From a bacterium (GTDB lineage: Bacteria > Bacteroidota > Bacteroidia > Bacteroidales > WCHB1-69), in NCBI GenBank assembly GCA_963643165.1, contig CAVIJD010000008.1, positions 4,397-68,396 of the forward strand: a DNA stretch of 64,000 bases, given 5' to 3'. The notes beneath the pieces are model-generated. The model had not been told where the DNA came from. It did not search any database and saw only the letters and a list, made by a program, of their open reading frames with translations. Below, in pieces: positions 55,083-64,000 of the stretch; position 1 is the stretch's first letter, and every line of letters begins with the position of its first letter. Made by a program: the position numbers and the translations under genes.

Positions 55083-57950
55083 ATGAGAGATTCCAAATAC
55101 TTTTCCCTACCCTTTCTTTTTGTAGTGTTGCTCTGCTTCGGTGCAGGCACGCTTCACGCTCAGGACATCATCATGACGAACACCTCCACCGTGGAGAATG
55201 TGGGTGAAGACATCCGTTACTTTTACGACCCCGGCGGCACGGCAACCAACCCCGGACCCAACAACCATCCGCTGGGCTACTTTGACCGCAACATCCGCGA
55301 CACGCTGACGATGAAGACCGAAATGTCGAACAGTTACCTCACCGTGCTGTTCAGCGACTTTGCCATGGGCTACGGCGACACGCTCTACATCTTTGACGGG
55401 CAGAACACCAACGCCGCCCTCATCGGCGTCTACAACTCCGTGCGCTCGCCCGAGCAGGTAAGTTCCACGGGACGCTACCTTACGTTTGTGTTCCATTCCG
55501 ACGACATTGACGACTACGGGATGCTGAGCGAAGGCTGGTCGGCGCAGGCATACGCCACATCGTTCTCTTCTTTGACCGTCCTCATCAGCGACTACGACGG
55601 GTCGCTTTACCAGGGATGCAACACACGCTTCTACGACTCCGGCGGTCCAAACGGCAACATTGCAGCCAACAACGAGCATTACGACATGGAATTCGTGTCG
55701 CCGGCCTCGCACATCAAGATGGAGTTTCAGAGTTTTTCAGTCAACGGACTGATGAAGATATACGACGGGGCAAAGAATGACCCTAACAAACGTCTCATCG
55801 GGCAATTCCACACTTCTACCCTTGATGCCACCACAGGCAACAAGCCGCCCGTGCTTTTCTCGTCCGGCTCCACACTTTACGTTGAATACATCGGCTCAAC
55901 GGGCGACGTGTCCAAATCCGGATGGGAAGCCATCGTCTCCTGTGTGTCAGAACTTTTCGAGACACCTACCGGCACCGCATGCCCGCAGGTGGTCATCTCC
56001 ACCACCGACGCCGAAAACCCGGACGTCATCGACCACCAGTGCGGCATTCCCACCATCCTCTCCGCGGGCATCACCGCCACAGGACGTTATGCCAACGACT
56101 ATACCGTGTCGCAGGTCACCTACGCGCCGCCGTTCGCCTTCAACGCCGGCACCTTGATTGATGCCAACACAGACGACAACTGGATTACCACCAGCGGTGT
56201 AACCCTGCCGTTCACCTTCTCCTTTTTCGGCAAACCCTACACCAAGGCCTACCCAGGCGCCAACGGACTGATTTCATTCTCGCCACAATCGGGCTATTGC
56301 TCCTGGAGTTCCACGAGTTGCCCTACCCATACCAGCACGCCGCCCTACTCCTCGGCGCCTTATCTTTACCGCAACTGCATTTACGGCGTAATGGAAGACA
56401 TCTACCCCGGCCACTATATCAACAACGGCAGCATCCGCTATGGCGTCATGGGGCAGTACCCGTGCCGCACCTTTGTGTTCAACTACGACAATGTGGGACT
56501 TTTCTCCTGCTACTCGCAAGGCAACAACATGTACCAGTCGTACCAGATGGTCATTTACGAAGGCACCAACATCATCGACGTCTTCATCCGCCACCGTGCC
56601 TGCTGCAGCAGTTGGAACAACGGCAACGGCGTGGTGGGTCTGCAGAACACCACCTCCTCGCAGATGGTAGTCGCGCCGGGACGCACCTTTGCCACCAACT
56701 GGACCGCCGACAACGAAGCGTGGCGTTTCACCCCCATCACCCCGTTGGACGAAGATGCCACCATCGAGTGGTTTGAGAACGACATCAACACCCCGAGCAT
56801 CGGCTCCACAAACCGGCTGGTCGTGGACCCCACCACAACCACCCGCTACATTGCCAAATACCATTTCACAAACTCCACTAACACCTCCTTTGACCTGCTG
56901 GACACCATACTCGTGCGCGTCAACATTCCGGAAGTTTCCATTCGGGGCGCACACGTCTGCCCCGGCAAGGAAGTCTCGTTCAATCCTGAAATACAAGAAC
57001 TTGACACCATCGTGCCCGCCTCCTACCATTGGAGCACAGGCGACACTGTGCGAGACCTCACCCTCATAGCGCAAGAGAGCCAAGACTGCATACTCACCAT
57101 CACCTACAACAACAACTGCACCACCACCGACACCGCCAAATTAGTGGTAGAACCATTGGAGCGGCCTAAGATCCACGGTGACAACGAGATCTGCCAAGGC
57201 GAGAGCGTCCGTCTTACGGCCTCGGCCGACACCACCGACTACAACTACATTTGGGAGAACGGGCCCTCCGGCCCCACGCGGCTGGTAGCGCCGACAGACA
57301 CCACAACATACGTCGTCAGGGGTGTGCTGCCCAACGACAACGAATGTTTCAAGACAGACACCTTCACCATCATCGTAAGGCCATTGCCTGAAGTGTCGTT
57401 CACGATGTCCCCGAGCGAAATCACCATGGAACACGGGTACGGCACGCTCTATTGCACCATGACCTGCACCTCAGACTCCACCTGGTGTTGGAACTTCCAC
57501 GACCGTTACGATGCCACGGGCTCCATCATACACGACGTTGCGAACCCCACGCACGACTTCACCCACACGGGCACCTACCCAGTCACGCTCTCCGTCACCA
57601 ACAGCCAGGAGTGTTCCGACTCTGTCACGCAATACGTCACCGTCACGGTGCCCATACACTTCTACATCCCCAATGCTTTCACCCCGAACGGCGACGACTT
57701 GAACAACGTCTTCATCCCCAGTTTTGAAGGCATCGAAATCGAAAAATACCAGATGCTCGTCTATGACCGTCAAGGAAGGTTGGTGTTCAAATCGACCAAC
57801 CCCAACATCGGTTGGGACGGCAACGACATGCTCGGCAACGAATGTCCGCAGGGGGTTTACATCTATTACATCCGGCATTGGACGCAATTAGACAACATCA
57901 ACGGCCCCGGACAGCCGCAAATCACCGGCAACATCACCCTGATACGGTAG
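55083..57950 (+). CDS. Large T9SS type B cargo protein (multi-domain surface protein)
   Basis: Signal peptide. C-terminal FYIPNAFTPNGDDLNNVF...YDRQGRLVF...GWDG...CPQGVYIYYI (TIGR04131-like). Upstream domains are beta-rich (CUB/PKD-like by eye). Confidence 0.8.
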   Translation: MRDSKYFSLPFLFVVLLCFGAGTLHAQDIIMTNTSTVENVGEDIRYFYDPGGTATNPGPNNHPLGYFDRNIRDTLTMKTEMSNSYLTVLFSDFAMGYGDTLYIFDGQNTNAALIGVYNSVRSPEQVSSTGRYLTFVFHSDDIDDYGMLSEGWSAQAYATSFSSLTVLISDYDGSLYQGCNTRFYDSGGPNGNIAANNEHYDMEFVSPASHIKMEFQSFSVNGLMKIYDGAKNDPNKRLIGQFHTSTLDATTGNKPPVLFSSGSTLYVEYIGSTGDVSKSGWEAIVSCVSELFETPTGTACPQVVISTTDAENPDVIDHQCGIPTILSAGITATGRYANDYTVSQVTYAPPFAFNAGTLIDANTDDNWITTSGVTLPFTFSFFGKPYTKAYPGANGLISFSPQSGYCSWSSTSCPTHTSTPPYSSAPYLYRNCIYGVMEDIYPGHYINNGSIRYGVMGQYPCRTFVFNYDNVGLFSCYSQGNNMYQSYQMVIYEGTNIIDVFIRHRACCSSWNNGNGVVGLQNTTSSQMVVAPGRTFATNWTADNEAWRFTPITPLDEDATIEWFENDINTPSIGSTNRLVVDPTTTTRYIAKYHFTNSTNTSFDLLDTILVRVNIPEVSIRGAHVCPGKEVSFNPEIQELDTIVPASYHWSTGDTVRDLTLIAQESQDCILTITYNNNCTTTDTAKLVVEPLERPKIHGDNEICQGESVRLTASADTTDYNYIWENGPSGPTRLVAPTDTTTYVVRGVLPNDNECFKTDTFTIIVRPLPEVSFTMSPSEITMEHGYGTLYCTMTCTSDSTWCWNFHDRYDATGSIIHDVANPTHDFTHTGTYPVTLSVTNSQECSDSVTQYVTVTVPIHFYIPNAFTPNGDDLNNVFIPSFEGIEIEKYQMLVYDRQGRLVFKSTNPNIGWDGNDMLGNECPQGVYIYYIRHWTQLDNINGPGQPQITGNITLIR

Positions 57951-58053
57951 CCGGCCATTGACCGAAACGGCACAGACACAACCAAGCGAGGCTATGGGGA
58001 GTTGAGCGCAGACACAACTTCACATAGCCTTGTTTATACATATTCTTTTTTTG

Positions 58054-58061
58054 TACTTTTG
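58054..58061 (+). promoter_or_regulatory. -7 box (TActTTTG) for clpC
   Basis: tttgTACTTTTGccgc lies 19 nt upstream of the ATG at 58080. The same 16-mer context recurs at 63881-63896. Confidence 0.45.
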
Positions 58062-58079
58062 CCGCAAATTTCAACGTAA

Positions 58080-60656
58080 ATGGAAAATTTCAAGTATTCT
58101 GACGAGATGAACTACGCGATGGAAGAGGCCAGCAGAATCGCCGCTTACTATCGTTCCCCCTATATCGGCATCGAACACATCATGGTGGCCATCTTGCGTT
58201 ATCCGAACGAAAGCACCACCAAAAACCTGTTCGGCATATTCCGCATCGACAATGACGCATTCCGGACCAAACTCGAGAGCATCATTGACTCAGCCGAAAA
58301 CAAGACAGACACCCCTCCCGAAAAACTAAACTTCAACACACAGACCACCAACATCATACGATTGTCCTCGCTCATGTCGAAGGAATTCAGGAGTCCGGTC
58401 ATCGAATCCTACCACTTCATCTTGGCCATTCTCCGTGACGGGCGCAGCGACAGTTCGAACATCGTCAAGGCGTACCTCATCCGTTATGGTGTCTCCTACA
58501 CCACGTTCCTCAACGAGACAAAGAAAGAGTTGAACATGGAATCGGGGCGCACGGAGGCCATCTTCTCCTCGAATGACGAAGAAGACGAAGAGGACGACCG
58601 TCGATTCTCGGCCCGAGCCGGCAGAGAGGGCAGCAGAGGGTCAGCCACCCCGATGTTGGACAGTTTCGGCAAAGACCTCACCAAACTGGCGGCGGAGAAC
58701 AAACTCGACCCGGTTGTCGGGCGGCAGAAAGAGCTTGAGCGCATAGCCCAGATCCTGAGCCGGCGCAAGAAGAACAACCCTGTCCTTATCGGCGAGCCCG
58801 GCGTGGGAAAATCAGCCGTGGCGGAGGGACTGGCCATCAACATCGTGCAAGGGCACGTCTCCCGCACGTTGTTGCACAAACGTATCGTAGGCCTTGACAT
58901 GGCGTCGCTGGTGGCCGGCACCAAATACCGGGGGCAATTTGAGGAGCGTGTAAAGACCCTGCTGACCGAGATTGAGAAGAACCCCAACATCATCCTCTTC
59001 ATTGACGAATTGCACACGATGGTCGGGGCGGGCAACTCACCCGGCAGCATGGACGCGTCCAACTTGTTCAAGCCCGCCCTCGCGCGCGGCGAGATGCAGT
59101 GCATCGGCGCCACCACCCTCGACGAATACCGCGAATACATCGAAAAGGACGGGGCCTTGGAACGCCGTTTCCAGAAAATCATCCTCGAGCCCACCACCCC
59201 GGAAGAGACCGTCGAGATCCTGAACAACATCAAAGACAAATACGAAGAACACCATCTCGTGAAATACAGCGACGAGGCCATCAAAGCCTGCGTGTCACTG
59301 TCAAACCGCTATATCACAGACCGTTGCTTCCCCGACAAGGCCATCGACACCCTTGACGAGGCGGGTGCCCGTGTCCACATCCAGAACATACACATCCCTG
59401 ACGAACTGCTGCAGGTAGAGAAAGAGATCGCCGACTTTGAGAAATTGAAAATGGAGGCCATCAAGAGCCAGCAATACAATGCCGCCGCAGGCTACCGCGA
59501 CGAGATCAAGAAACTGGAACAGACACAGGAAAACATCAAGAAAGAATGGGAGAAAGAGGCGGACATGCAGCGTCCCACAGTCACCGAAGACACCGTGGCC
59601 GAAGTAGTGGCCATGATGACTGGCGTGCCCACGCAGCGCATCGCCCGCAACGAGAGCGAACGCCTCCTGAAGATGGCCGACGAACTGAAAGGGGCTGTCA
59701 TCGGGCAAGACAACGCCATCCTGAAGATTGCCAAGGCCATACGCCGCAACCGCGCCGGCCTCAAAGACCCGAACAAGCCCATCGGCACGTTCATCTTTCT
59801 GGGACCTACGGGCGTGGGCAAGACCTACCTCGCGAAAGTACTCGCCGAGTACCTTTTCGACTCGCAAGACGCCATCATCCGCATCGACATGAGCGAATAT
59901 ATGGAAAAACACACCGTCTCGCGGCTCATCGGCGCGCCTCCGGGATACGTGGGCTACGAAGAGGGCGGCCAACTTACCGAAAAAGTGCGCCGCAAACCCT
60001 ACTCCATCGTCCTGCTCGACGAAATAGAAAAAGCCCATCAGGATATTTACAACGTTCTACTGCAAGTACTTGACGAAGGGCAACTTACAGACGGCATAGG
60101 ACGCAAGGTGGACTTCCGGAACACCATCCTCATTATGACCTCCAACCTCGGTTCGCGCGAATTGAAAGACTACGGCACAGGCGTCGGCTTCAGCACCGAT
60201 GCCACCAAAGCGGCACAAGACAAAGTTGAACAAGGCATCTTGGAAAAAGCGCTGAAAGCGAACTTTTCGCCCGAGTTTCTCAACCGCATCGACGATGTCA
60301 TCTATTTCAACAGCCTCAGCAAAGACGACATACTCAAGATTGTGGACATAGAGCTCAAAAAAGTGCTGGCCAGAGTCAAAGACCTGGGCATTGACGTACA
60401 TTTCACAGACAAGGCGCGGCATTTTCTGGCCGACACAGGCTGGAATGTCCACTATGGCGCTCGCCCGCTGAAACGAGCCATCCAGAAAAACGTGGAAGAC
60501 CTGCTTGCCGAAGAAATCCTCAACCAGACCCTCCCCGAAGGTTCCGCCGTCGATATCGACTACAACGAAACAGAGGAGGCCCTGTTCATCGTGCCCCAAT
60601 CGAAAGCATTGCCCGAAAACCCTGAACAAGAGAAAACCACCGACACTACATTATAA
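58080..60656 (+). CDS. clpC: ATP-dependent Clp protease ATP-binding subunit (ClpC-type, two AAA+ modules)
   Basis: Clp_N repeats, Walker A GEPGVGKS and GPTGVGKT, a UVR-like linker, and sensor motifs. Confidence 0.9.
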   Translation: MENFKYSDEMNYAMEEASRIAAYYRSPYIGIEHIMVAILRYPNESTTKNLFGIFRIDNDAFRTKLESIIDSAENKTDTPPEKLNFNTQTTNIIRLSSLMSKEFRSPVIESYHFILAILRDGRSDSSNIVKAYLIRYGVSYTTFLNETKKELNMESGRTEAIFSSNDEEDEEDDRRFSARAGREGSRGSATPMLDSFGKDLTKLAAENKLDPVVGRQKELERIAQILSRRKKNNPVLIGEPGVGKSAVAEGLAINIVQGHVSRTLLHKRIVGLDMASLVAGTKYRGQFEERVKTLLTEIEKNPNIILFIDELHTMVGAGNSPGSMDASNLFKPALARGEMQCIGATTLDEYREYIEKDGALERRFQKIILEPTTPEETVEILNNIKDKYEEHHLVKYSDEAIKACVSLSNRYITDRCFPDKAIDTLDEAGARVHIQNIHIPDELLQVEKEIADFEKLKMEAIKSQQYNAAAGYRDEIKKLEQTQENIKKEWEKEADMQRPTVTEDTVAEVVAMMTGVPTQRIARNESERLLKMADELKGAVIGQDNAILKIAKAIRRNRAGLKDPNKPIGTFIFLGPTGVGKTYLAKVLAEYLFDSQDAIIRIDMSEYMEKHTVSRLIGAPPGYVGYEEGGQLTEKVRRKPYSIVLLDEIEKAHQDIYNVLLQVLDEGQLTDGIGRKVDFRNTILIMTSNLGSRELKDYGTGVGFSTDATKAAQDKVEQGILEKALKANFSPEFLNRIDDVIYFNSLSKDDILKIVDIELKKVLARVKDLGIDVHFTDKARHFLADTGWNVHYGARPLKRAIQKNVEDLLAEEILNQTLPEGSAVDIDYNETEEALFIVPQSKALPENPEQEKTTDTTL

Positions 60657-60661
60657 TAATC

Positions 60662-61183
60662 ATGCCAAACTTCAGAGCAAAATTAGGCAGCATCAAAGCA
60701 TTCGTCTTCGACTTCGACGGTGTGCTGTCAGACGGGAAAGTATATGTGCAGCGCGACGGCGAGATGGTGCGCGCCACCAGCACCAAAGACGGCTACGCCT
60801 TGCAGTACGCCTTGAAAAAAGGCTATCGGGTGGCCATCATATCCGGAGGCTACGGCGACTCCATGCGGCTTCGCTACAACGACTTCCCGGGCATGGACAT
60901 CTTCCTGCATGTCAACAACAAAATCACGCTGTTCGACAACTATCTGAAAGAGCACGGACTGGAGCCTGAAAACGTGCTGGTGATGGGCGACGACATTCCC
61001 GACTACGAGATGATGCGGCGTGCCGGCATTTGCTGCTGCCCCGCCGACGCCGCCGAAGAAATCAAACACATTGCCGACTACATCTCCTTCCAGCCCGGCG
61101 GCTGCGGCTGCGTGAGGGATGTCATCGAACAAACACTCAAGGTTCAAGGCAAGTGGTTCCAAGAAGATGCTTTCATCTGGTAA
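60662..61183 (+). CDS. kdsC: KDO 8-phosphate phosphatase (HAD-IIIA, YrbI family)
   Basis: FVFDFDGVLSDG (DxD), TKDGYAL, GDDIPDYEMM. Confidence 0.85.
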   Translation: MPNFRAKLGSIKAFVFDFDGVLSDGKVYVQRDGEMVRATSTKDGYALQYALKKGYRVAIISGGYGDSMRLRYNDFPGMDIFLHVNNKITLFDNYLKEHGLEPENVLVMGDDIPDYEMMRRAGICCCPADAAEEIKHIADYISFQPGGCGCVRDVIEQTLKVQGKWFQEDAFIW

Positions 61184-61195
61184 CCTGTTAACGAC

Positions 61196-62038
61196 ATGGG
61201 GTGTCTTTTCACCGGATTTTTCAGCGCAATAGGCTTCTGGGTCGGACTGTTTTCGAATGGTTTGGGCGGAGCCTTCCTCGGATTGTTCATCGGAGGCTGC
61301 ATCGACCTCATCATCAGTCGGACAAGTTTTCGCAAAAGAACCTACAGCGGCCGAGGCCAGTCGAGCCATTACAACGCCACCGACTTCATAGAACACGAAT
61401 TAGTGCTGGCGGCATACGTGGCAAAGTCAGACCACAACCGGCTGCTGCGTTCTGAACTGGAATACTTGCGCGACTTCCTGTCGCAGTATCTATCCCAAGA
61501 CAAGATTGGGGCCACCCTGCTCCACTTCCGCGACCTGCTTGACAGCGACACCGACATCAACGGCGTGTGTGACGACCTCAGGGCTCATGCGACCATTTCG
61601 GAAAAACTCATGATCCTGCAGTTCCTGTTCGGGTTCTCCCGCGCTGACGGGAACATGTGCGACGAAGAGGTGCAGGCCATACGGGACATCTCCGACTTGT
61701 GCGGCATCAGCAGAAGCAACTTTGAAGCTGTAAAGTCCATGTTTGCCGGCTACCGTTCCTATTACGACAGTGCCTATGGACAATCAACATTCGGAGGCTC
61801 AAGTAGTTACCAAAACTACCGCAACACCAGTTCCTTGGAAGACGACTACAAGATCCTGGAAATCTCGCCTGATGCCAGCGACAGTGACGTGAAAAAAGCC
61901 TACCGTGCCGCCGCCAAGAAGCACCACCCTGACAAAGTGGCCCACTTGGGCGAAGAGGTGCGCAAATCTGCCGAACTCAAGTTCGCTCAAGTCAACCAAG
62001 CTTACGAAAGAATCAAGAAAAGCCGGGGGATGAACTAG
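61196..62038 (+). CDS. DjlA-like membrane co-chaperone (TM + TerB-like domain + C-terminal J domain)
   Basis: N-terminal Gly-rich TM region. C-terminal DYKILEISPDASDSDVKKAYRAAAKKHHPDK (HPD motif). Confidence 0.8.
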   Translation: MGCLFTGFFSAIGFWVGLFSNGLGGAFLGLFIGGCIDLIISRTSFRKRTYSGRGQSSHYNATDFIEHELVLAAYVAKSDHNRLLRSELEYLRDFLSQYLSQDKIGATLLHFRDLLDSDTDINGVCDDLRAHATISEKLMILQFLFGFSRADGNMCDEEVQAIRDISDLCGISRSNFEAVKSMFAGYRSYYDSAYGQSTFGGSSSYQNYRNTSSLEDDYKILEISPDASDSDVKKAYRAAAKKHHPDKVAHLGEEVRKSAELKFAQVNQAYERIKKSRGMN

Positions 62039-62235
62039 CCTCAACCTCCGGGAAAACCTTTTCTGCCCCTATCGCTCCCACCTTGCGGGGGCGATTATTT
62101 TAATTTATTTTTTGCTTTTTGTTTGATTTATCAATATTTTTTATATTTTTGCAACGTTAAAAAAACAGACGGGGGCAAACATCGTTACCGTAAAAACAAA
62201 ACAACAATTATTAACCATCTAAAAAACAAAACAGC

Positions 62236-63762
62236 ATGAAAAAAATCTTTCAGATTCTCCTTGTCGGCGGGATTTTGTCCGGCATTGTCGGGGTTCATCC
62301 GACAAAGGCGCAACAGATTGTCTATCAAGAGAATTTTGGCTTCCCTTCGGCCACCACATTAGTGCAGGACTTCAACGAATGGCAGAACGACAGCGTCCGT
62401 TACACGGGCAGCAGCACCTGCGACATCCGCATCACCAGTGCCTCAAGCGGTTATCCTTCGGCCTCGGCGGGCGGCAACGTCATGATCAACGACACCGTGA
62501 AGTGGTTCCAGGTATCAGGTCTCAACACAGAGGGGCTCACTGGCCTGTACCTTTACTGTGGGCTTCGCAAAACAACGGCCGAGAACGGGTCCAACTTGGT
62601 GGTTGAGGCCTCCGTTGACAGCATTTCATGGCAGCGTCTGCCGCTGATTGACTCCTTGCCAACGGGAACCGGCACCTCAGGGTGGCACCGGGTGCATTTT
62701 GGCAACGTGCCGGCATGCGCCAACCTGCACATCCGCTTCTCCAACCTTGCGACAGTCGATTACCGGATTGACGACCTCTGCCTAAGGATTGGGGAAGAAA
62801 CTGTGCTTCAAACGGTTGAAGAGCCCACCTTCACTCCGGGCGGCGGCACCTTCTATGCGTCGCAACAAGTTTCCATCCAAACCGCCACGGCCGGTGCGAC
62901 CATCTACTACACACTGGACGGCACAACGCCCTCCACCCGCTCCTTGGTCTATACGGCCCCTATCGCCGTCAGCAGAACAACTACCATCAAAGCCGTCGCC
63001 GCCAAAGACAGCATGAACGACAGCGAAACAGCCACGGCGCAGTATGTCATCCTCGACACCAACTCCTTGGTAGTATTGCCCTTTGACATTTCCAACAACA
63101 GCGAGTCGGGGCATACGGACATCACGCAGATGAGCGGTTTCAGGGCTTACCATTTAGGCAACTCTTACGCTGACGGCTCCGTGAAGTTCGAGTCCTCCAA
63201 CTCAGGTAAAGCCTCTTTGGTGGCTCATCTTGACAGTGCCCCTGACTCGCTCGTCTATTTTGTCGGCGGCAGGAAAGGCGGCAGCAACCCGTCAGCCTAC
63301 GAGGGCATCGCGTTCACCGTCAGCCAGTCGCCCGACGGCAACAACTGGACCGCTCTGGTCACTCACCGGGAGACGGAGATCCCGACGGGGTCGCTCACCG
63401 GCTTCAGCCATCGCCTGCGCAGCGACACCCGTTACATCCGCTGGAGACTGGACAACGCCGGCAAAGGCAACACCCTGCTCAACGACATCCGGATCACCAA
63501 GTCGGACGGCAGCGCCGTGACCGACCATGGCAGTTTCCCGCTCTGCATCTACCCCAACCCTTCGAACTACACCATCAACGTACACACCGGCAGAATGAAC
63601 GTCTCGTCCATTGAGCTGTACAACTTGTGCGGGCAGAAAGTGTTGACGGCCGCCACCACATCCAACCCGACCATCAACATCTATGCGCTGCCGCAAGGAA
63701 CCTACATCCTGAAAGTCGTCACAGACGGAGGCACATTCCAGCGAAAAGTGATAAAGTACTGA
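62236..63762 (+). CDS. T9SS type A cargo protein with chitobiase/hexosaminidase-C-like (Fn3-associated) domain
   Basis: Signal peptide, then TFTPGGGTFYASQQVSIQTATAGATIYYTLDGTTP. C-terminal Por_Secre_tail-like segment IYPNPSNYTINV...LYNLCGQKVL...LPQGTYILKVVTDGG (TIGR04183-like). Confidence 0.75.
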   Translation: MKKIFQILLVGGILSGIVGVHPTKAQQIVYQENFGFPSATTLVQDFNEWQNDSVRYTGSSTCDIRITSASSGYPSASAGGNVMINDTVKWFQVSGLNTEGLTGLYLYCGLRKTTAENGSNLVVEASVDSISWQRLPLIDSLPTGTGTSGWHRVHFGNVPACANLHIRFSNLATVDYRIDDLCLRIGEETVLQTVEEPTFTPGGGTFYASQQVSIQTATAGATIYYTLDGTTPSTRSLVYTAPIAVSRTTTIKAVAAKDSMNDSETATAQYVILDTNSLVVLPFDISNNSESGHTDITQMSGFRAYHLGNSYADGSVKFESSNSGKASLVAHLDSAPDSLVYFVGGRKGGSNPSAYEGIAFTVSQSPDGNNWTALVTHRETEIPTGSLTGFSHRLRSDTRYIRWRLDNAGKGNTLLNDIRITKSDGSAVTDHGSFPLCIYPNPSNYTINVHTGRMNVSSIELYNLCGQKVLTAATTSNPTINIYALPQGTYILKVVTDGGTFQRKVIKY

Positions 63763-63883
63763 TGCTCATGTCGTGAGGGCGCGTTGCAGCAGCGCCCCGC
63801 AGCTCAGGCCATAGTAGCGCAAACCGGCGACGATGCCTTGCAGCGCCCCTCACTTTTCTGTTGGCAGTTGATAATGATTTTTG

Positions 63884-63891
63884 TACTTTTG
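63884..63891 (+). promoter_or_regulatory. -7 box (TActTTTG)
   Basis: tttgTACTTTTGccgc lies 26 nt upstream of the ATG at 63917. Confidence 0.4.
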
Positions 63892-63916
63892 CCGCCTAAT
63901 ACGGACAACAAAAGAT

Positions 63917-64000
63917 ATGAAAAACGCCCTGCCTTGTATCATCCTCTGCATCCTGACCGCCATTTCAGCCTCTTCATGCAGCAAAACAGAAAGAACCTAC
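63917..64000 (+). CDS. Lipoprotein, 3'-partial (runs off the window)
   Basis: MKNALPCIILCILTAISASSCSKTERT has a signal peptide with lipobox SASSC. Preceded by a consensus -7 box. Confidence 0.45.
   Translation, partial: MKNALPCIILCILTAISASSCSKTERTY

Noticed and set aside
63771-63860. GC-rich inverted repeats after the T9SS type A cargo gene (gtgagggcgc...gcgcccctcac and the local gggcgc/gcgccc stem)
   Set aside because: The stems are imperfect and lack a following T-run. A terminator is plausible, but the evidence is too weak to annotate.

Overview
This is a GC-rich Bacteroidales-type chromosomal segment. Hand counts of single 60-nt lines in housekeeping genes give about 58-60 % GC. The lineage call rests on TAnnTTTG -7 promoter boxes, T9SS type A and type B C-terminal sorting domains, a FISUMP domain, many SpII/SpI signal peptides and little Shine-Dalgarno usage.

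Most of the window is ordinary core or envelope content:
- pepD, glgB, a P-type Ca-ATPase, a CzcCBA-type heavy-metal RND efflux operon and a histidine kinase.
- MoxR, a SurA-like PPIase, rpmH, rluD and a 2-hydroxyacid dehydrogenase.
- An envelope thiol-redox/OMP cluster, coaD, tsaC, a GatB/YqeY protein, lpxB, T9SS cargo proteins, clpC, kdsC and a DjlA-like protein.

Four accessory patches stand out:
1. A 5'-truncated giant ORF (at least 2334 aa) whose last third is clearly more AT-rich. It is followed by a multi-Fn3 secreted protein.
2. A decayed ATPase + HNH (Septu/PtuAB-like) two-gene remnant at 9.3-10.4 kb.
3. A 5.5-kb AT-richer five-gene operon at 21.9-27.4 kb. It is built around a small P-loop GTPase, a polytopic coiled-coil membrane protein, two bitopic proteins that share an N-terminal domain, and a retropepsin-like lipoprotein. 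I could not assign it to any described system.
4. A strongly AT-rich island of about 3.3 kb at 42.9-46.1 kb. It encodes a 39-aa Cys-containing peptide, an RRE-fused radical SAM/SPASM enzyme, a small TM protein and a TIM-barrel amidohydrolase (a RiPP-like cassette). A promoter-bearing segment flanked by perfect 21-bp inverted repeats precedes it, and ISAs1 fragments plus a 17-bp direct repeat bound it.

A dispersed intergenic repeat family marks the borders of both islands. I saw no rRNA, tRNA or CRISPR array. All family assignments come from motif recognition by eye; no database search was run.
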